The notes: generated from the sequence alone by a model not told the origin. Numbered from the stretch's first letter, positions 19,085-30,126 are shown. The stretch: 64,000 nt of DNA from an uncultured SAR116 cluster alpha proteobacterium (GCA_902612965.1 CACMFN010000008.1:6560-70559); one strand, 5' to 3'. Numbers and translations: made by a program.

Positions 19085-20194
19085 ATGTTTTTAGATAGAA
19101 CTGATAAAAGCAAGGTAAGTTTATGGTGGTGGACTGTTGATCATAAGTTGATGGGATTAGTTATTTTGCTAATAATTGGGGGAATTATGGTTTTAATGTC
19201 GGCAGGCTCCCCAGTTGCAATAAAAAAAGGGCTTGCCGAGTATCATTTTCTAGAAAAACAAATAACATTTTTATGCGTCTCAATTCCTTTAATGATCATT
19301 ATTTCAATTCAAGAAATATCAACAATAAAACGTTTCTGTTTTCTATTATTAATTTTTAGTTTTTTATGTTTAGTTTATTTAAATTTTTTTGGCATTGAAA
19401 CAAATGGGGCAACCAGGTGGATTAGATTTTTTGGATTTTCAATACAGCCGTCAGAACTAATTAAACCTTCATTCGCACTACTTAATGCTTGGTTATTATC
19501 TATCTGGGTTAACGATAAAAATAATCGTTCTTGGGTTTTTTCACTTTTTTTATTGTTTGTATTTCTCATTCTACTTTTATTGCAACCTGATGTAGGTATG
19601 AGCTTTGTCTTAGCATCTACTTGGCTTTTTCAAATTTATATTTCTGGTGTTTCAATGTTACTTGTTTCATTGATATTAACTGCAATTTTACTGTCAGCAA
19701 TTTCTAGTTACTTTTTATTTTCACATGTGAAAATAAGAGTTGATGGATTTTTGGATGGTGGAGGTTTTCAAGTAAGCAAATCATTGGACGCATTTATTAA
19801 TGGAGGCATTTTTGGAAAAGGTTTTGGAGAAGGAGTTGTTAGTAAGCAGCTTCCTGATAGTCATACTGACTTTATCTTTGCAGTAGCTGGAGAGGAACTT
19901 GGGGTTTTAGGTTGCAGTCTTATTATTATTACTTATTTTTTAATTTTCCTTAGAGGAATGATGTTGTCTAGTTCTACTTCCAAAATATTTTTATTTTTGA
20001 CTTGTAGTGGAATTATATTTCAGTTTTGCCTTCAAGCTCTGGTTCACATGGCTTCTACATTAAATCTTATTCCTACAAAAGGAATGACATTACCTTTTAT
20101 AAGTTATGGTGGATCATCATTAATTTCTTCATCAATTTCAATGGGAATAGTATTGGCTTTTACACGACGCCAATCAAATTATAGCAATGACTAA
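19085..20194 (+). CDS. ftsW: SEDS peptidoglycan polymerase FtsW
   Basis: WWWTVD, GATRWI, QPSE, QPDVG, PDSHTDFIF, PFISYGGSS; start moved to ATG 19085. Confidence 0.96.
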   Translation: MFLDRTDKSKVSLWWWTVDHKLMGLVILLIIGGIMVLMSAGSPVAIKKGLAEYHFLEKQITFLCVSIPLMIIISIQEISTIKRFCFLLLIFSFLCLVYLNFFGIETNGATRWIRFFGFSIQPSELIKPSFALLNAWLLSIWVNDKNNRSWVFSLFLLFVFLILLLLQPDVGMSFVLASTWLFQIYISGVSMLLVSLILTAILLSAISSYFLFSHVKIRVDGFLDGGGFQVSKSLDAFINGGIFGKGFGEGVVSKQLPDSHTDFIFAVAGEELGVLGCSLIIITYFLIFLRGMMLSSSTSKIFLFLTCSGIIFQFCLQALVHMASTLNLIPTKGMTLPFISYGGSSLISSSISMGIVLAFTRRQSNYSND

Positions 20195-21275
20195 ATCAAT
20201 TATAAATATAGGGTTGGCATGTGGTGGTACTGGGGGACATATATCTCCAGCATTAGCGTTGGCTTCAAATTTTGAAAACTATAACATTAAACCAATATTT
20301 ATTACTGATGTGAGGGGTTCAAGCTTACTAAAGTCAATGTCTCATTACGTCGTTTTATCTGGGTCTCCATCTACTAAAGGTTTCACAAAAGTAATTAATA
20401 TGTTAAGAATATTTTTTGGAATTTTGCAGTCTACTTATTATCTGTATCGAACTAAAGTAAACCTTGTTATTGGTTTTGGCGGGTATACTTCAGTTCCAAT
20501 TATTCTTGCTGCTAAAATTTTGAACATCCCATCAATTATTCATGAACAAAATAAAATTTTGGGCAGAGCAAATAAATTTTGTTCATTATTTTGCAATAAA
20601 GTTGCTTTATCATTCAACTTAAAAGAAAGTGTAAAAAATCCAAAATTTGTTTTGACTGGCAATCCAGTATCTCGAGAATTTGAGAACTTTCAATATACTC
20701 GTTCAAATATCGAAAAATCAAAATTTGTTTTATTAATAATAGGTGGTAGCCAAGGTGCAAGTGTATTTTCAGAAGTCGTGCCAAAGGCTATTAAAAGTCT
20801 CCCAGAAAAAATAAAGAACAAGATATATATTTATCAGCAATGCCGGGAAAGCGAAGAACAGGACCTTAAAAAAATATACAAAAATTTAGGCATAAAATTT
20901 ACAGTTTCAAATTATTTTCATAAAATTTATGAAATTTTCAAAAAAGCTGATCTAATTATATCTAGGTCAGGAGGCTCAACCATAACTGAAATCATTGCCT
21001 CAGGAAGACCATCCTTTTTAATACCATTGCCTAATTCTTTAGACAATCACCAAAGAGAAAATGCTTATGAACTAAAAAATAATAATGCATGTATTTTATT
21101 TGAGCAAAAAGATTTTAGTGAAAAAAGCCTTTCAGAGAAACTAAACATGGTTTTGAGTAATAGATCTTTTTTAAGGGAAATGTCTATTAATGCAAAATCT
21201 ATATATAAAAAAGATGCTGCAAAAAACTTAATTGATTTGATTTTATTAACACACAGGGAACTAATTAATGAGTAA
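20187..21275 (+). CDS. murG: Lipid II GlcNAc transferase MurG
   Basis: GGTGGH, GFGGY, HEQN, GGSQGA, RSGGST. Confidence 0.96.
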   Translation: MTKSIINIGLACGGTGGHISPALALASNFENYNIKPIFITDVRGSSLLKSMSHYVVLSGSPSTKGFTKVINMLRIFFGILQSTYYLYRTKVNLVIGFGGYTSVPIILAAKILNIPSIIHEQNKILGRANKFCSLFCNKVALSFNLKESVKNPKFVLTGNPVSREFENFQYTRSNIEKSKFVLLIIGGSQGASVFSEVVPKAIKSLPEKIKNKIYIYQQCRESEEQDLKKIYKNLGIKFTVSNYFHKIYEIFKKADLIISRSGGSTITEIIASGRPSFLIPLPNSLDNHQRENAYELKNNNACILFEQKDFSEKSLSEKLNMVLSNRSFLREMSINAKSIYKKDAAKNLIDLILLTHRELINE

Positions 21276-22701
21276 TCTGCCACTTTCAATTGGTTTAATA
21301 CATTTTATAGGCATTGGTGGTATTGGAATGTCAGGTATTGCTGAAGTTTTAAACGAACTTGGATACAAAGTTTCTGGAAGTGACATAGCGGAAAATAGCA
21401 ATACTAAAAGATTAAAAGATTTAGGCATTGAAGTCTTTATAGGGCACGAAAAAACGAACGTAAGCAGCGCTCAGATAATTGTAGTATCTACAGCAATATC
21501 AAAAGATAATTCTGAACTTATTGAAGCTAAAAGTAAGAAAATACCAATAGTACATAGAGCAGAAATGTTATGTGAACTTATGAGACTTAAGTGGTCAATC
21601 GCAATAGCTGGGACACATGGCAAAACAACAACAACATCTTTGGTTGCATCTTTATTAGATGGAGCTGATTTTGACCCAACAGTTATTAATGGAGGAATAA
21701 TTAATAATTGGAAGAGTAATGCAAAAATTGGAAAAGGGGAATGGATGGTTGTTGAAGCAGATGAGAGTGATGGTTCATTCTCTAAACTTACTCCTACAGT
21801 AGCTGTTGTAACAAATATAGATAGCGAACATTTAGATTACCATGGCTCATTCGAAAATCTTGAAAATGCATTTAATAAATTTGTTTCATCTATTCCTTTT
21901 TATGGTTTTAAAGTTTTATGCATCGATCATCCAGTAGTCCAAAAATTAATCCCACTAAATAAAGATAGAAGATTATTAACTTATGGATTGTCGACTACAG
22001 CTGATGTCAAAGCGGCAAACATAGAATATTTTGACAATCATACAAGCTTTGACGTTGTACTGTCTAACAAAATACTATCTTCAGCTGAAACGTGGAAAAA
22101 GATTACTTTACCTATGCTTGGAAAGCATAATGTCTTAAATTGTCTTGCTTCTATAAGTATTGCTATTGAAATGGGCATTTCAGAGAATAGTATAAGGAAT
22201 ACTCTAAATAATTTTAAAGGTATAAAAAGACGCTTTGAAAGCAAAGGAGTAACCAATGATGGAATAAAAATTATAGATGATTATGGGCACCATCCTGTTG
22301 AGATAACTTATGCCCTTAGTTCAGGAAGAATTTTAGCAAGTAAAAATAAATTGATAGCAGTTTTTCAACCGCATAGGTATTCAAGGTTGAAAGATCTCTT
22401 TGATGAGTTTTGTCAATGTTTTAACAATGCAGATTATGTATTTATAACAGATGTTTATGCAGCTGGAGAGAGTGAAATAAAAAATTTTAATAAAGAAACT
22501 CTTGCAAATGGAATTTCAGATTTTGGGCATAACAATGTTTCAATTATCAATAATGAAAATGAAATTTGTGATAAGATACTCTCTATAGCAAACCCTAATG
22601 ATGTTGTTATCTTTTTAGGTGCAGGAAGTATCACTAAATGGTCTGATACAATTGTTCATCAACTTAATAATTCAGGATTAAAGAATGAAAAAATTTTCTG
22701 A
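21268..22701 (+). CDS. murC: UDP-MurNAc--L-Ala ligase MurC
   Basis: GIGGIGMSG, GTHGKTTT, EADESDG, DDYGHHP, FQPHRY. Confidence 0.98.
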   Translation: MSNLPLSIGLIHFIGIGGIGMSGIAEVLNELGYKVSGSDIAENSNTKRLKDLGIEVFIGHEKTNVSSAQIIVVSTAISKDNSELIEAKSKKIPIVHRAEMLCELMRLKWSIAIAGTHGKTTTTSLVASLLDGADFDPTVINGGIINNWKSNAKIGKGEWMVVEADESDGSFSKLTPTVAVVTNIDSEHLDYHGSFENLENAFNKFVSSIPFYGFKVLCIDHPVVQKLIPLNKDRRLLTYGLSTTADVKAANIEYFDNHTSFDVVLSNKILSSAETWKKITLPMLGKHNVLNCLASISIAIEMGISENSIRNTLNNFKGIKRRFESKGVTNDGIKIIDDYGHHPVEITYALSSGRILASKNKLIAVFQPHRYSRLKDLFDEFCQCFNNADYVFITDVYAAGESEIKNFNKETLANGISDFGHNNVSIINNENEICDKILSIANPNDVVIFLGAGSITKWSDTIVHQLNNSGLKNEKIF

Positions 22702-23602
22702 ATTTTATCATGATTTAAATGGGGAATTTAAAGAAAACTTCCCTTTAGCTAATTTAACTTGGTTTAAAGTTGGTGGTCCAGCTCAAATGCTGTTTATCCC
22801 TGAAAATAAAGATGATTTAATAAACTTTATAAAAAAATGCCCAATTGAATACCCCAAAACAGTTATAGGTGCAGGGTCAAATCTTCTAATCCGTGATGGA
22901 GGGGTTCCAGGTATAGTTATATCAACGCAAAAAGTAAATTCAATAAAACCATTTGATTTAAGTTTATATGCTGAATGTGGCGCATTAGACATGACGATAT
23001 CTAGAGAAGCATCAAAATATGGAATTACAGGTCTTGAGTTTCTCATTGGAATTCCAGGGACAATTGGCGGAGGCATTAAAATGAATGCAGGTTCTTATGG
23101 GATGGAAATTAAAGATATTTTGCAAGATGTTGAAGTTATTGATTATTCTGGATCTGTCTTCAAAATTAATTCAGATGAATTAGAAATGGAATATAGAAAG
23201 AGCAATACACCTAATGATTGGTTATTCCTTTCATGCAACTTAAGAGGAGAAAAGTCTGAAAGTCATAAGATCCGATCTAGAATGAAAGAAATTATGAAAG
23301 ACAGAAAAAATAATCAACCAATTAATAAATTAACTAGCGGATCGACTTTTAAAAATCCTTATAAAATGAAATCTTGGGAACTTATTGATGACGCTGGATG
23401 TAGAGGCCTTACATTAGGAAACGCTAAAGTATCTGAAAAGCATTGTAATTTTCTTATTAATAATGGAAAAGCAAATTCAAGTGAAATTGAAAAGTTAGGA
23501 AATATTGTAAAAGAAAAAGTACTTAAAAAATCTGGAATAAATTTGGAATGGGAAATTATTCGAATTGGAAATGAAATAGAAAATGAGCTTGGTCATGAAT
23601 AA
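22685..23602 (+). CDS. murB: UDP-N-acetylenolpyruvoylglucosamine reductase MurB
   Basis: TWFKVGGPA, GSNLL, IPGTIGG, MNAG, GSTFKNP, HCNF. Confidence 0.97.
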   Translation: MKKFSEFYHDLNGEFKENFPLANLTWFKVGGPAQMLFIPENKDDLINFIKKCPIEYPKTVIGAGSNLLIRDGGVPGIVISTQKVNSIKPFDLSLYAECGALDMTISREASKYGITGLEFLIGIPGTIGGGIKMNAGSYGMEIKDILQDVEVIDYSGSVFKINSDELEMEYRKSNTPNDWLFLSCNLRGEKSESHKIRSRMKEIMKDRKNNQPINKLTSGSTFKNPYKMKSWELIDDAGCRGLTLGNAKVSEKHCNFLINNGKANSSEIEKLGNIVKEKVLKKSGINLEWEIIRIGNEIENELGHE

Positions 23603-24494
23603 AATAGCTCTTTTAAAAGGTGGTCTAAATAGTGAAAATGAAGTTTCTTTAAAGACTGCTGAGGCATGCTTTTTTGCTTTAAAAGAGTTAGAATATGAAA
23701 TAGTTGAGATTGATATAAAAGATCAATTTATTTCAAAAATAATAGATAGCAAAGTGAGTAAATGTTTTAATGCATTGCATGGTTCTTTAGGTGAAAATGG
23801 CTCAATACCAGGTTTATTAAATTGTTTAAAAATCCCATATACGCATTCTGGTGTTATGGCATCTAGCATAGCAATTAATAAAAAATTAACAAAAGAGATT
23901 TTATCCAAAAACGGAATAGCTTTTCCAAAGCCCATTAATTTGAAAATAGGTAAATATTTATTGCCACTTAATTATAATAAAAGTTTTGTAATAAAACCAA
24001 ATTCAGAAGGTTCAAGCATTGGCGTCAAAATAATTCCAGAAAATTATAAAAAGGATATCTTATCTTCTGAGTGGGTTAATCCAAATGATCTCATCGCTGA
24101 GGAATTTATTTATGGCCAAGAACTGACAGTTGGTGTTTTAAATGGAAAATCATTATGTGTTACCGAAATAATTGCAGAAAAAAATACTTTCTATGATTAT
24201 AAATCAAAATATATAAAAAATGGTTCAAAACATATTATTCCAGCTGAAATTCCTGAAGAAATTCGTAAATTAGCTCTAAGTTGGGCTGAAAAATCATATC
24301 ACTTCCTAAATTGCAGAGGCATAATTAGGGCTGATTTTCGATTTGATCAAGTGACAAACAAACTTTACATGCTTGAAATAAATACACACCCAGGAATGAC
24401 AGAAACCTCATTAATACCAGAGCAAGCCGAGTATTGTGGGATTTCTTTTCTTGAACTAATTAAATTAATTATGGAGGTGGCTAGATGCGATTAA
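23595..24494 (+). CDS. ddl: D-alanine--D-alanine ligase
   Basis: ENEVSL, LHGxxGENG, EGSSIG, YDYKSKY, LEINTHPG; start 23595 or 23583. Confidence 0.96.
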   Translation: MNKIALLKGGLNSENEVSLKTAEACFFALKELEYEIVEIDIKDQFISKIIDSKVSKCFNALHGSLGENGSIPGLLNCLKIPYTHSGVMASSIAINKKLTKEILSKNGIAFPKPINLKIGKYLLPLNYNKSFVIKPNSEGSSIGVKIIPENYKKDILSSEWVNPNDLIAEEFIYGQELTVGVLNGKSLCVTEIIAEKNTFYDYKSKYIKNGSKHIIPAEIPEEIRKLALSWAEKSYHFLNCRGIIRADFRFDQVTNKLYMLEINTHPGMTETSLIPEQAEYCGISFLELIKLIMEVARCD

Positions 24495-25315
24495 TAGTTC
24501 CATATTTTTATGACAACAAGGAGAAAGATGTTACTTTTCATAAGCCAAAATCACTTTTGACAAGAAGTTTTATTAAAATTTTTATGCTAGTATTTTTAGG
24601 TCCAATATTTTTTTGTTACATAATTTTATCAAGCTCAAATTTTTCATTATTTATAGATTTAGATAATTTTATTTCTAAAAATTTAGACATAAAGCAATCT
24701 ACGAAGTTAAAAGAAATACATGTTATTGGAAGAGAAAATATAAATAAATCTGTTTTACTTGAAGCGCTTGAATTAAATAACGAAACACCAATGACTAGTA
24801 TTAATGTTTCTTTACTAAAAGAAAAAATTCTTTCTATTGGCTGGGTCAAAGATGTAATTGTTGAGAGAAGAATGCCAAATACACTTATTATTAAAATTGA
24901 AGAATATAAACCTTTTGCTCTTCTTCAAACTAAAGATATGCATATTATAATTTCTTCAGAAGGTAAGAAAATATCGGTGAATAATGGAAATTTTAATTAT
25001 CTTCCTGTCATAACTGGTTTAGGCGCTGAAAAACATGCAGCAAAAATGTTAAATATCCTTAGTTCTGAGCCAAACCTTTTTCATCAAGTTTGGGCGATTA
25101 GCTATATAGGCAAAAGAAGATGGGATGTTTCTCTAAGAAGCGGTGTAGAAATAAAATTACCAGAAAAAAATCCGTCTGAAGCTTGGGCAAAATTATCTGA
25201 AATGGATAGATCAGAGTCTCTTCTATCAAGAGAAATCAACGTTATAGATTTAAGAAAAAATGGTTATCTCATTATAAAACCATCAGAAAATTATATCGCA
25301 GAAAGAAGCACTTAA
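24485..25315 (+). CDS. ftsQ: Cell division protein FtsQ
   Basis: TM, POTRA domain (WVKxxxVERxxPNT), RRWD, IDLR. Confidence 0.92.
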   Translation: MRLIVPYFYDNKEKDVTFHKPKSLLTRSFIKIFMLVFLGPIFFCYIILSSSNFSLFIDLDNFISKNLDIKQSTKLKEIHVIGRENINKSVLLEALELNNETPMTSINVSLLKEKILSIGWVKDVIVERRMPNTLIIKIEEYKPFALLQTKDMHIIISSEGKKISVNNGNFNYLPVITGLGAEKHAAKMLNILSSEPNLFHQVWAISYIGKRRWDVSLRSGVEIKLPEKNPSEAWAKLSEMDRSESLLSREINVIDLRKNGYLIIKPSENYIAERST

Positions 25316-25317
25316 CT

Positions 25318-26571
25318 ATGTTTAACTTTTTTAAATCAAATAAATTAAGTAGTGTAATAACAGTTATTGATATTGGCTCATCTAAGATCACTTGCTTAAT
25401 TGCAAAAATAAATGAACAAAACCAAGAATATGAAGTTATTGGCAATAGTCAGAATATTTCAAAGGGTTTTAGATTAGGTAATGTTACAAATATAGAAGAT
25501 CTTTCAACATGTATTGCTAAAGCTGTTTCTGCATCAGAAAAAATGGCAGGAATTTCAATTAATAAAGCACATATAGTTTTCAATGGTGGCAAACAATCGT
25601 CAATGATCCATAATTCTGAAACACCAATAGTAAATGGTGAAATTAATGACAATGAAATTCAAAAACTAATTGGAAATTGTATACATAATGCCACTTCACC
25701 AAATTTAAAGTTACTTCACGCAATACCTGTTAAATTTTTTATTGACGAAAGCTCATCAATAAAAAATCCGAAAGGTATGGTAGGGCATATTCTAAAAGGT
25801 GAAGTAAACATATGTAGTATAAGTGAATCAACATTAAGTAATATTGCTAGAATAATTGAGAGAAATCATATTGAAATAGAGAGTTTTATCTCTTCAACCT
25901 ACTCAAATGGATTTAGCAGTTTAAATAAAGAGGAATTAAGACTTGGTTGTGCTTTAATTGATATTGGAGCGAGTACAACAGGTGTTGGTGTATTTTATGA
26001 AGACAGTTTAATTTATTCTTTTGATTTACCTTTAGGTGGATACAATATTACAAATGATATAGCATCTGGTCTAGCTACTACAATTACAGAAGCAGAGAGA
26101 ATTAAAGTACTACACGGCAACTTGTATAATTCAACTTTTTCTTCTAATGAGCAAATAAATATAGCTAGTCAAGATCAAAATAATACTAATGCTTATCAAA
26201 CAGTCTCAATTGGTATTATTAATGAAATTATAAAGGCTAGAATTTCTGAAATTTTCGAGATTATTGAAAAACATTTAAAAATAAAAAAATATGACCATTT
26301 TCTTAAAACTAAAGTTGTTTTCACTGGTGGTTCTTCTCAAATTACTGGCTTGGAGGAGATATCTAAAAATTTGCTTTCAAGATTTACAAGGGTAAGCTCT
26401 CCTGTAAGATTAAATGGACTTCCTGATGCAGCCTGTACTTCTAACTTTGCTTCAGTAATTGGAGCGCTTTTATCCATTAATAAAAGTAGCGCTTTAAATA
26501 ATAATATTAATTTAAACGAAAAATTATATTCATTTCAAAAACTATATAGATGGATGGTTACAAATGTGTAG
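25318..26571 (+). CDS. ftsA: Cell division protein FtsA
   Basis: DIGSSK, IDIGASTT, AERIK, TGGSSQ, C-terminal amphipathic helix. Confidence 0.96.
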   Translation: MFNFFKSNKLSSVITVIDIGSSKITCLIAKINEQNQEYEVIGNSQNISKGFRLGNVTNIEDLSTCIAKAVSASEKMAGISINKAHIVFNGGKQSSMIHNSETPIVNGEINDNEIQKLIGNCIHNATSPNLKLLHAIPVKFFIDESSSIKNPKGMVGHILKGEVNICSISESTLSNIARIIERNHIEIESFISSTYSNGFSSLNKEELRLGCALIDIGASTTGVGVFYEDSLIYSFDLPLGGYNITNDIASGLATTITEAERIKVLHGNLYNSTFSSNEQINIASQDQNNTNAYQTVSIGIINEIIKARISEIFEIIEKHLKIKKYDHFLKTKVVFTGGSSQITGLEEISKNLLSRFTRVSSPVRLNGLPDAACTSNFASVIGALLSINKSSALNNNINLNEKLYSFQKLYRWMVTNV

Positions 26572-26667
26572 AGAAATTTAATGTTAATAATTATTTTCAT
26601 TAATTTAATCAGATCAAAAAAGAAATCTGAAATAATAAAAATTTTAACTTTTTTATAGGAGACTATT

Positions 26668-28296
26668 ATGCTTAACATTGCAATACCAGATAATATGCAG
26701 GAATTAACACCTAAAATTACAGTAATTGGTGTCGGTGGAGCCGGCGGTAATGCTGTAAATAATATGATAGAGTCAAATCTAGAGGGTGTGGAATTTGTTG
26801 TTGCCAATACAGACGGTCAAGCTTTAGCAAATTCTACTGCAAAAAGAAAAATACAGCTCGGCATCAGTATTACCCAAGGGTTAGGTGCTGGATCAGTGCC
26901 AGAGATTGGAAAGTCAGCTGCTGAAGAGTCAATTCAAGATATTTTATCTGAATTAAATGATAGTAATATGGTTTTTATAACTGCAGGACTTGGAGGCGGT
27001 ACTGGAACAGGTGCTGCACCAGTAATTGCTAAAGCAGCTAAAGAAAAAGGTATACTTACAGTTAGTGTAGTGACAAAACCATTTGATTTTGAGGGTTCTC
27101 ACAGAAAAAAAATAGCAGAAGATGGCATACAAGAAATTCAAAAATTTTCTGATACCCTTATTGTAATACCAAACCAAAATCTCTTCAGACTTGCCAATGA
27201 AAGAACTGGTTTTGCTGAGGCTTTTGGTATTGCTGATAATGTTCTTCACAAAGGTGTATGCGGCGTTACAGATTTAATGGTCAAGCCAGGCATGATTAAT
27301 TTGGATTTTGCTGATATTAAAACAGTTATGAGCCAAATGGGAAAAGCCATGATGGGAACAGGTGAAGCATCAGGAGAAAATCGAGCCATTGAAGCAGCTG
27401 ATACGGCAATCAATAATCCATTATTAGATGAAACTAGTATGAAAGGAGCTAAAGCAGTCTTAATAAATATAACTGGTGGATCAGATATGACATTATTTGA
27501 GGTTGATGAAGCTGCAAACAGAATAAGAAAAGAAATTGATGCTAACGCTAATATAATTTTTGGATCAGCTTTAGATGATAGCTTAAATGGTTCTATAAGA
27601 GTTTCACTTGTAGCTACAGGAATTTCAACTAATGAAATTACTGAAAATGAAAATAGTGAAGTTCATAATTTATTTGAAAATAAAATTGAACAGCCTTCTT
27701 TAAACAAAGAATTATCTAATGTTGATTTTTCAAGCTCAGAAATAAAATACAAGGAGCATGACATTAAAGAAGAAGAAAAAGAAAGTTGTACTGATAAATT
27801 AGAATTTAAGGAAATTCATAAAACAATTCCATCAGTTTCAAATGATGATAATGATAGTCAGAATAATGAAGATTTAAATCAAAATAGAGAAGCACTTGAA
27901 ATTAGAAACTTAGATGATGAAAGTAATAATTTGGAATTAAACTTAGATGATAATAATCAAGAACAATCCAAAGAAATTTTTATTCCTGAGAAAACAATTG
28001 ACGTAAGTGAAATTGATAACACTGAAAACTTTAGTGCAAAATTAAATTCACTTAACAAAGAGAGCGAAAAAGAAGAAAAAGAAAATAGTATTATTAATAG
28101 AATTTCAGGTTTCTGGAACAAAAAAGAAAATACTGAAAAAACAAAGGTTCTAAAGGAGCCAAATCTTGAAAGTATAGAAAAAATAAAAGATTCGAATAAA
28201 GCAAATGAGCAAAATGCTAGTGAACTAGATATTTTATCAAAAGAAGATGATAAAGTTCTAGAAATTCCAGCATTTTTAAGAAGGCAAGTTAATTAG
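26668..28296 (+). CDS. ftsZ: Cell division GTPase FtsZ with long linker
   Basis: GGGTGTG tubulin signature, NLDFAD, C-terminal [10 protein letters not shown]; AGGAG SD. Confidence 0.99.
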   Translation: MLNIAIPDNMQELTPKITVIGVGGAGGNAVNNMIESNLEGVEFVVANTDGQALANSTAKRKIQLGISITQGLGAGSVPEIGKSAAEESIQDILSELNDSNMVFITAGLGGGTGTGAAPVIAKAAKEKGILTVSVVTKPFDFEGSHRKKIAEDGIQEIQKFSDTLIVIPNQNLFRLANERTGFAEAFGIADNVLHKGVCGVTDLMVKPGMINLDFADIKTVMSQMGKAMMGTGEASGENRAIEAADTAINNPLLDETSMKGAKAVLINITGGSDMTLFEVDEAANRIRKEIDANANIIFGSALDDSLNGSIRVSLVATGISTNEITENENSEVHNLFENKIEQPSLNKELSNVDFSSSEIKYKEHDIKEEEKESCTDKLEFKEIHKTIPSVSNDDNDSQNNEDLNQNREALEIRNLDDESNNLELNLDDNNQEQSKEIFIPEKTIDVSEIDNTENFSAKLNSLNKESEKEEKENSIINRISGFWNKKENTEKTKVLKEPNLESIEKIKDSNKANEQNASELDILSKEDDKVLEIPAFLRRQVN

Positions 28297-28329
28297 CTTA
28301 CTGTAACATTTCGTAACTAAATGTCATTT

Positions 28330-28370
28330 CTAATTCACCTAGTTTTATTATATAAAACTAGGTGAATTAG
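28330..28370. repeat. Perfect 19-bp inverted repeat (hairpin/possible terminator) between ftsZ and lpxC
   Basis: CTAATTCACCTAGTTTTAT-tat-ATAAAACTAGGTGAATTAG. Confidence 0.9.
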
Positions 28371-28383
28371 TATTAGAGCAAAT

Positions 28384-29310
28384 ATGATAAAAAACAGTTC
28401 ATTACAAACAACTCTGAAAAATTCAATTAGCTTTTCTGGAATTAGTCTTCATAAAGGAATAGTATCAAATTTAATAATAAAACCAGCTAAGGAAGATACT
28501 GGTATTATTTTCAAAAGAATTGATAAGATCAATAATAATATTATTGAAGCAAATTATAATTCTGTATCAAATACAATGATGTGCACCCAATTAAGCAATG
28601 AATATAACTTATCAATATCTACTGTTGAACATTTAATGGCAGCTTTTATTGGATTTGGTATTGATAATGCACTTGTTGAAGTTGACTCCTCAGAACTTCC
28701 AATACTTGATGGTTCATCATCAAACTATATTAAGGCATTTAAAAAGATTGGTTTAAAATATTTGGAAAGCCCTCGAAAAGTTATAAATGTTTTAAAAAAG
28801 GTAACTATAACTGAAAATGATAGATATATTTCAATTGAACCTAATGATAATCTAAAAATTAATATAGAAATTAAACATGACTGCGAACTTATTAATTCAC
28901 AATCATATTCATTTGAATTACTAGACGGAGCATTTGAAAATTATTTAATGAATGCAAGAACATATGGGTTTAAAGAACATGCATCTATGCTTATCAAAAA
29001 AGGATTAGCCTTAGGTGCTTCAGAGAGTAATGCTTTAATATTCGATGGTAACAGTGTTATAAATCATAGTGGCCTAAGGTATCATAATGAGCCTGTAAGA
29101 CATAAGGTATTAGACTGTTTAGGTGACATTTTTATGGCTGGCTATAGAATTAATGGAATGGTTAATGGTTATAAATCTGGCCACGAATTAAATAATAAAT
29201 TAATGCATGCATTATTTTCCAATAATGAAAATTGGTGCTTTAAAAAATATCAAAAACCAAAAATACAAAACAATGATAATACAGAAGAAAAAATTGTTGC
29301 AATAGCATAA
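28384..29310 (+). CDS. lpxC: UDP-3-O-acyl-GlcNAc deacetylase LpxC
   Basis: TVEHLMAA, PILDGS, ARTYG, RHKVLDCLGD, GHELN. Confidence 0.97.
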   Translation: MIKNSSLQTTLKNSISFSGISLHKGIVSNLIIKPAKEDTGIIFKRIDKINNNIIEANYNSVSNTMMCTQLSNEYNLSISTVEHLMAAFIGFGIDNALVEVDSSELPILDGSSSNYIKAFKKIGLKYLESPRKVINVLKKVTITENDRYISIEPNDNLKINIEIKHDCELINSQSYSFELLDGAFENYLMNARTYGFKEHASMLIKKGLALGASESNALIFDGNSVINHSGLRYHNEPVRHKVLDCLGDIFMAGYRINGMVNGYKSGHELNNKLMHALFSNNENWCFKKYQKPKIQNNDNTEEKIVAIA

Positions 29311-29370
29311 TTTTTTTCATTTATATAAAATTAATTTTATTTTTTGATTTGTTAGTCTAAAATAATAATA

Positions 29371-30126
29371 ATGAAAACTAACATTATACATAATTTATTA
29401 TACCTTTTATTAGTATTTTTTTTGATTGGATGCTCTAATACAAAAAATTTAGATGTATCCAAACCAACGGCTAAGTTAATTTATGAGAAAGCCATAACAA
29501 GTGCTAACAATAAACAATTTGAAGATGCAAATGAGGCTTTTGAAAGTATTTTATTAGATTATCCGTATTCCATTTGGGCCACAAAATCTAAAGTAATGAT
29601 GGCCTGGGTTTATTATGAAAGTAATAAGTATGATTCTGCTATAAATATGGCTGATAACTTTGTTAAAACTCACCCAGAGAATGAATTAGTTCCATATGCT
29701 TTATATTTAAAGGCAATGAGTTATTATGAAAGAATTTTTGATGTTGAACGAGACACTAAAATGACATTAAAAGCAAAAGAAGCTTTTGAAAATTTAATTA
29801 ATAGATTTCCAAATAGTGAATACTCACGTGATTCAAAGTTGAAAATTGAATTAGCTAGAAGTAATTTAGCGGGGAAGGAAATGGCTATAGGAAGATTTTA
29901 CCAAAAACAAAATCATTTTTCTGCAGCAATAAAAAGATATCAAAGAGTAATTACTGAATTTGAGACCACTGATCAAACGCCTGAAGCCTTATTACGTTTA
30001 ACTGAGTGCTATTTATCACTAGGCACTAAAAATGAAGCTATTAGAACAGCTTCTGTGTTAAAATATAATTTTCCAGTTTCTATTTGGACAGGTAAAATAC
30101 CAATGGATCTTTTAAATGAATTATAA
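29371..30126 (+). CDS. bamD: Outer membrane assembly lipoprotein BamD
   Basis: Lipobox LIGC, TPR repeats, LAGKEMAIGRFY; lpxC-bamD-recN synteny. Confidence 0.94.
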   Translation: MKTNIIHNLLYLLLVFFLIGCSNTKNLDVSKPTAKLIYEKAITSANNKQFEDANEAFESILLDYPYSIWATKSKVMMAWVYYESNKYDSAINMADNFVKTHPENELVPYALYLKAMSYYERIFDVERDTKMTLKAKEAFENLINRFPNSEYSRDSKLKIELARSNLAGKEMAIGRFYQKQNHFSAAIKRYQRVITEFETTDQTPEALLRLTECYLSLGTKNEAIRTASVLKYNFPVSIWTGKIPMDLLNEL

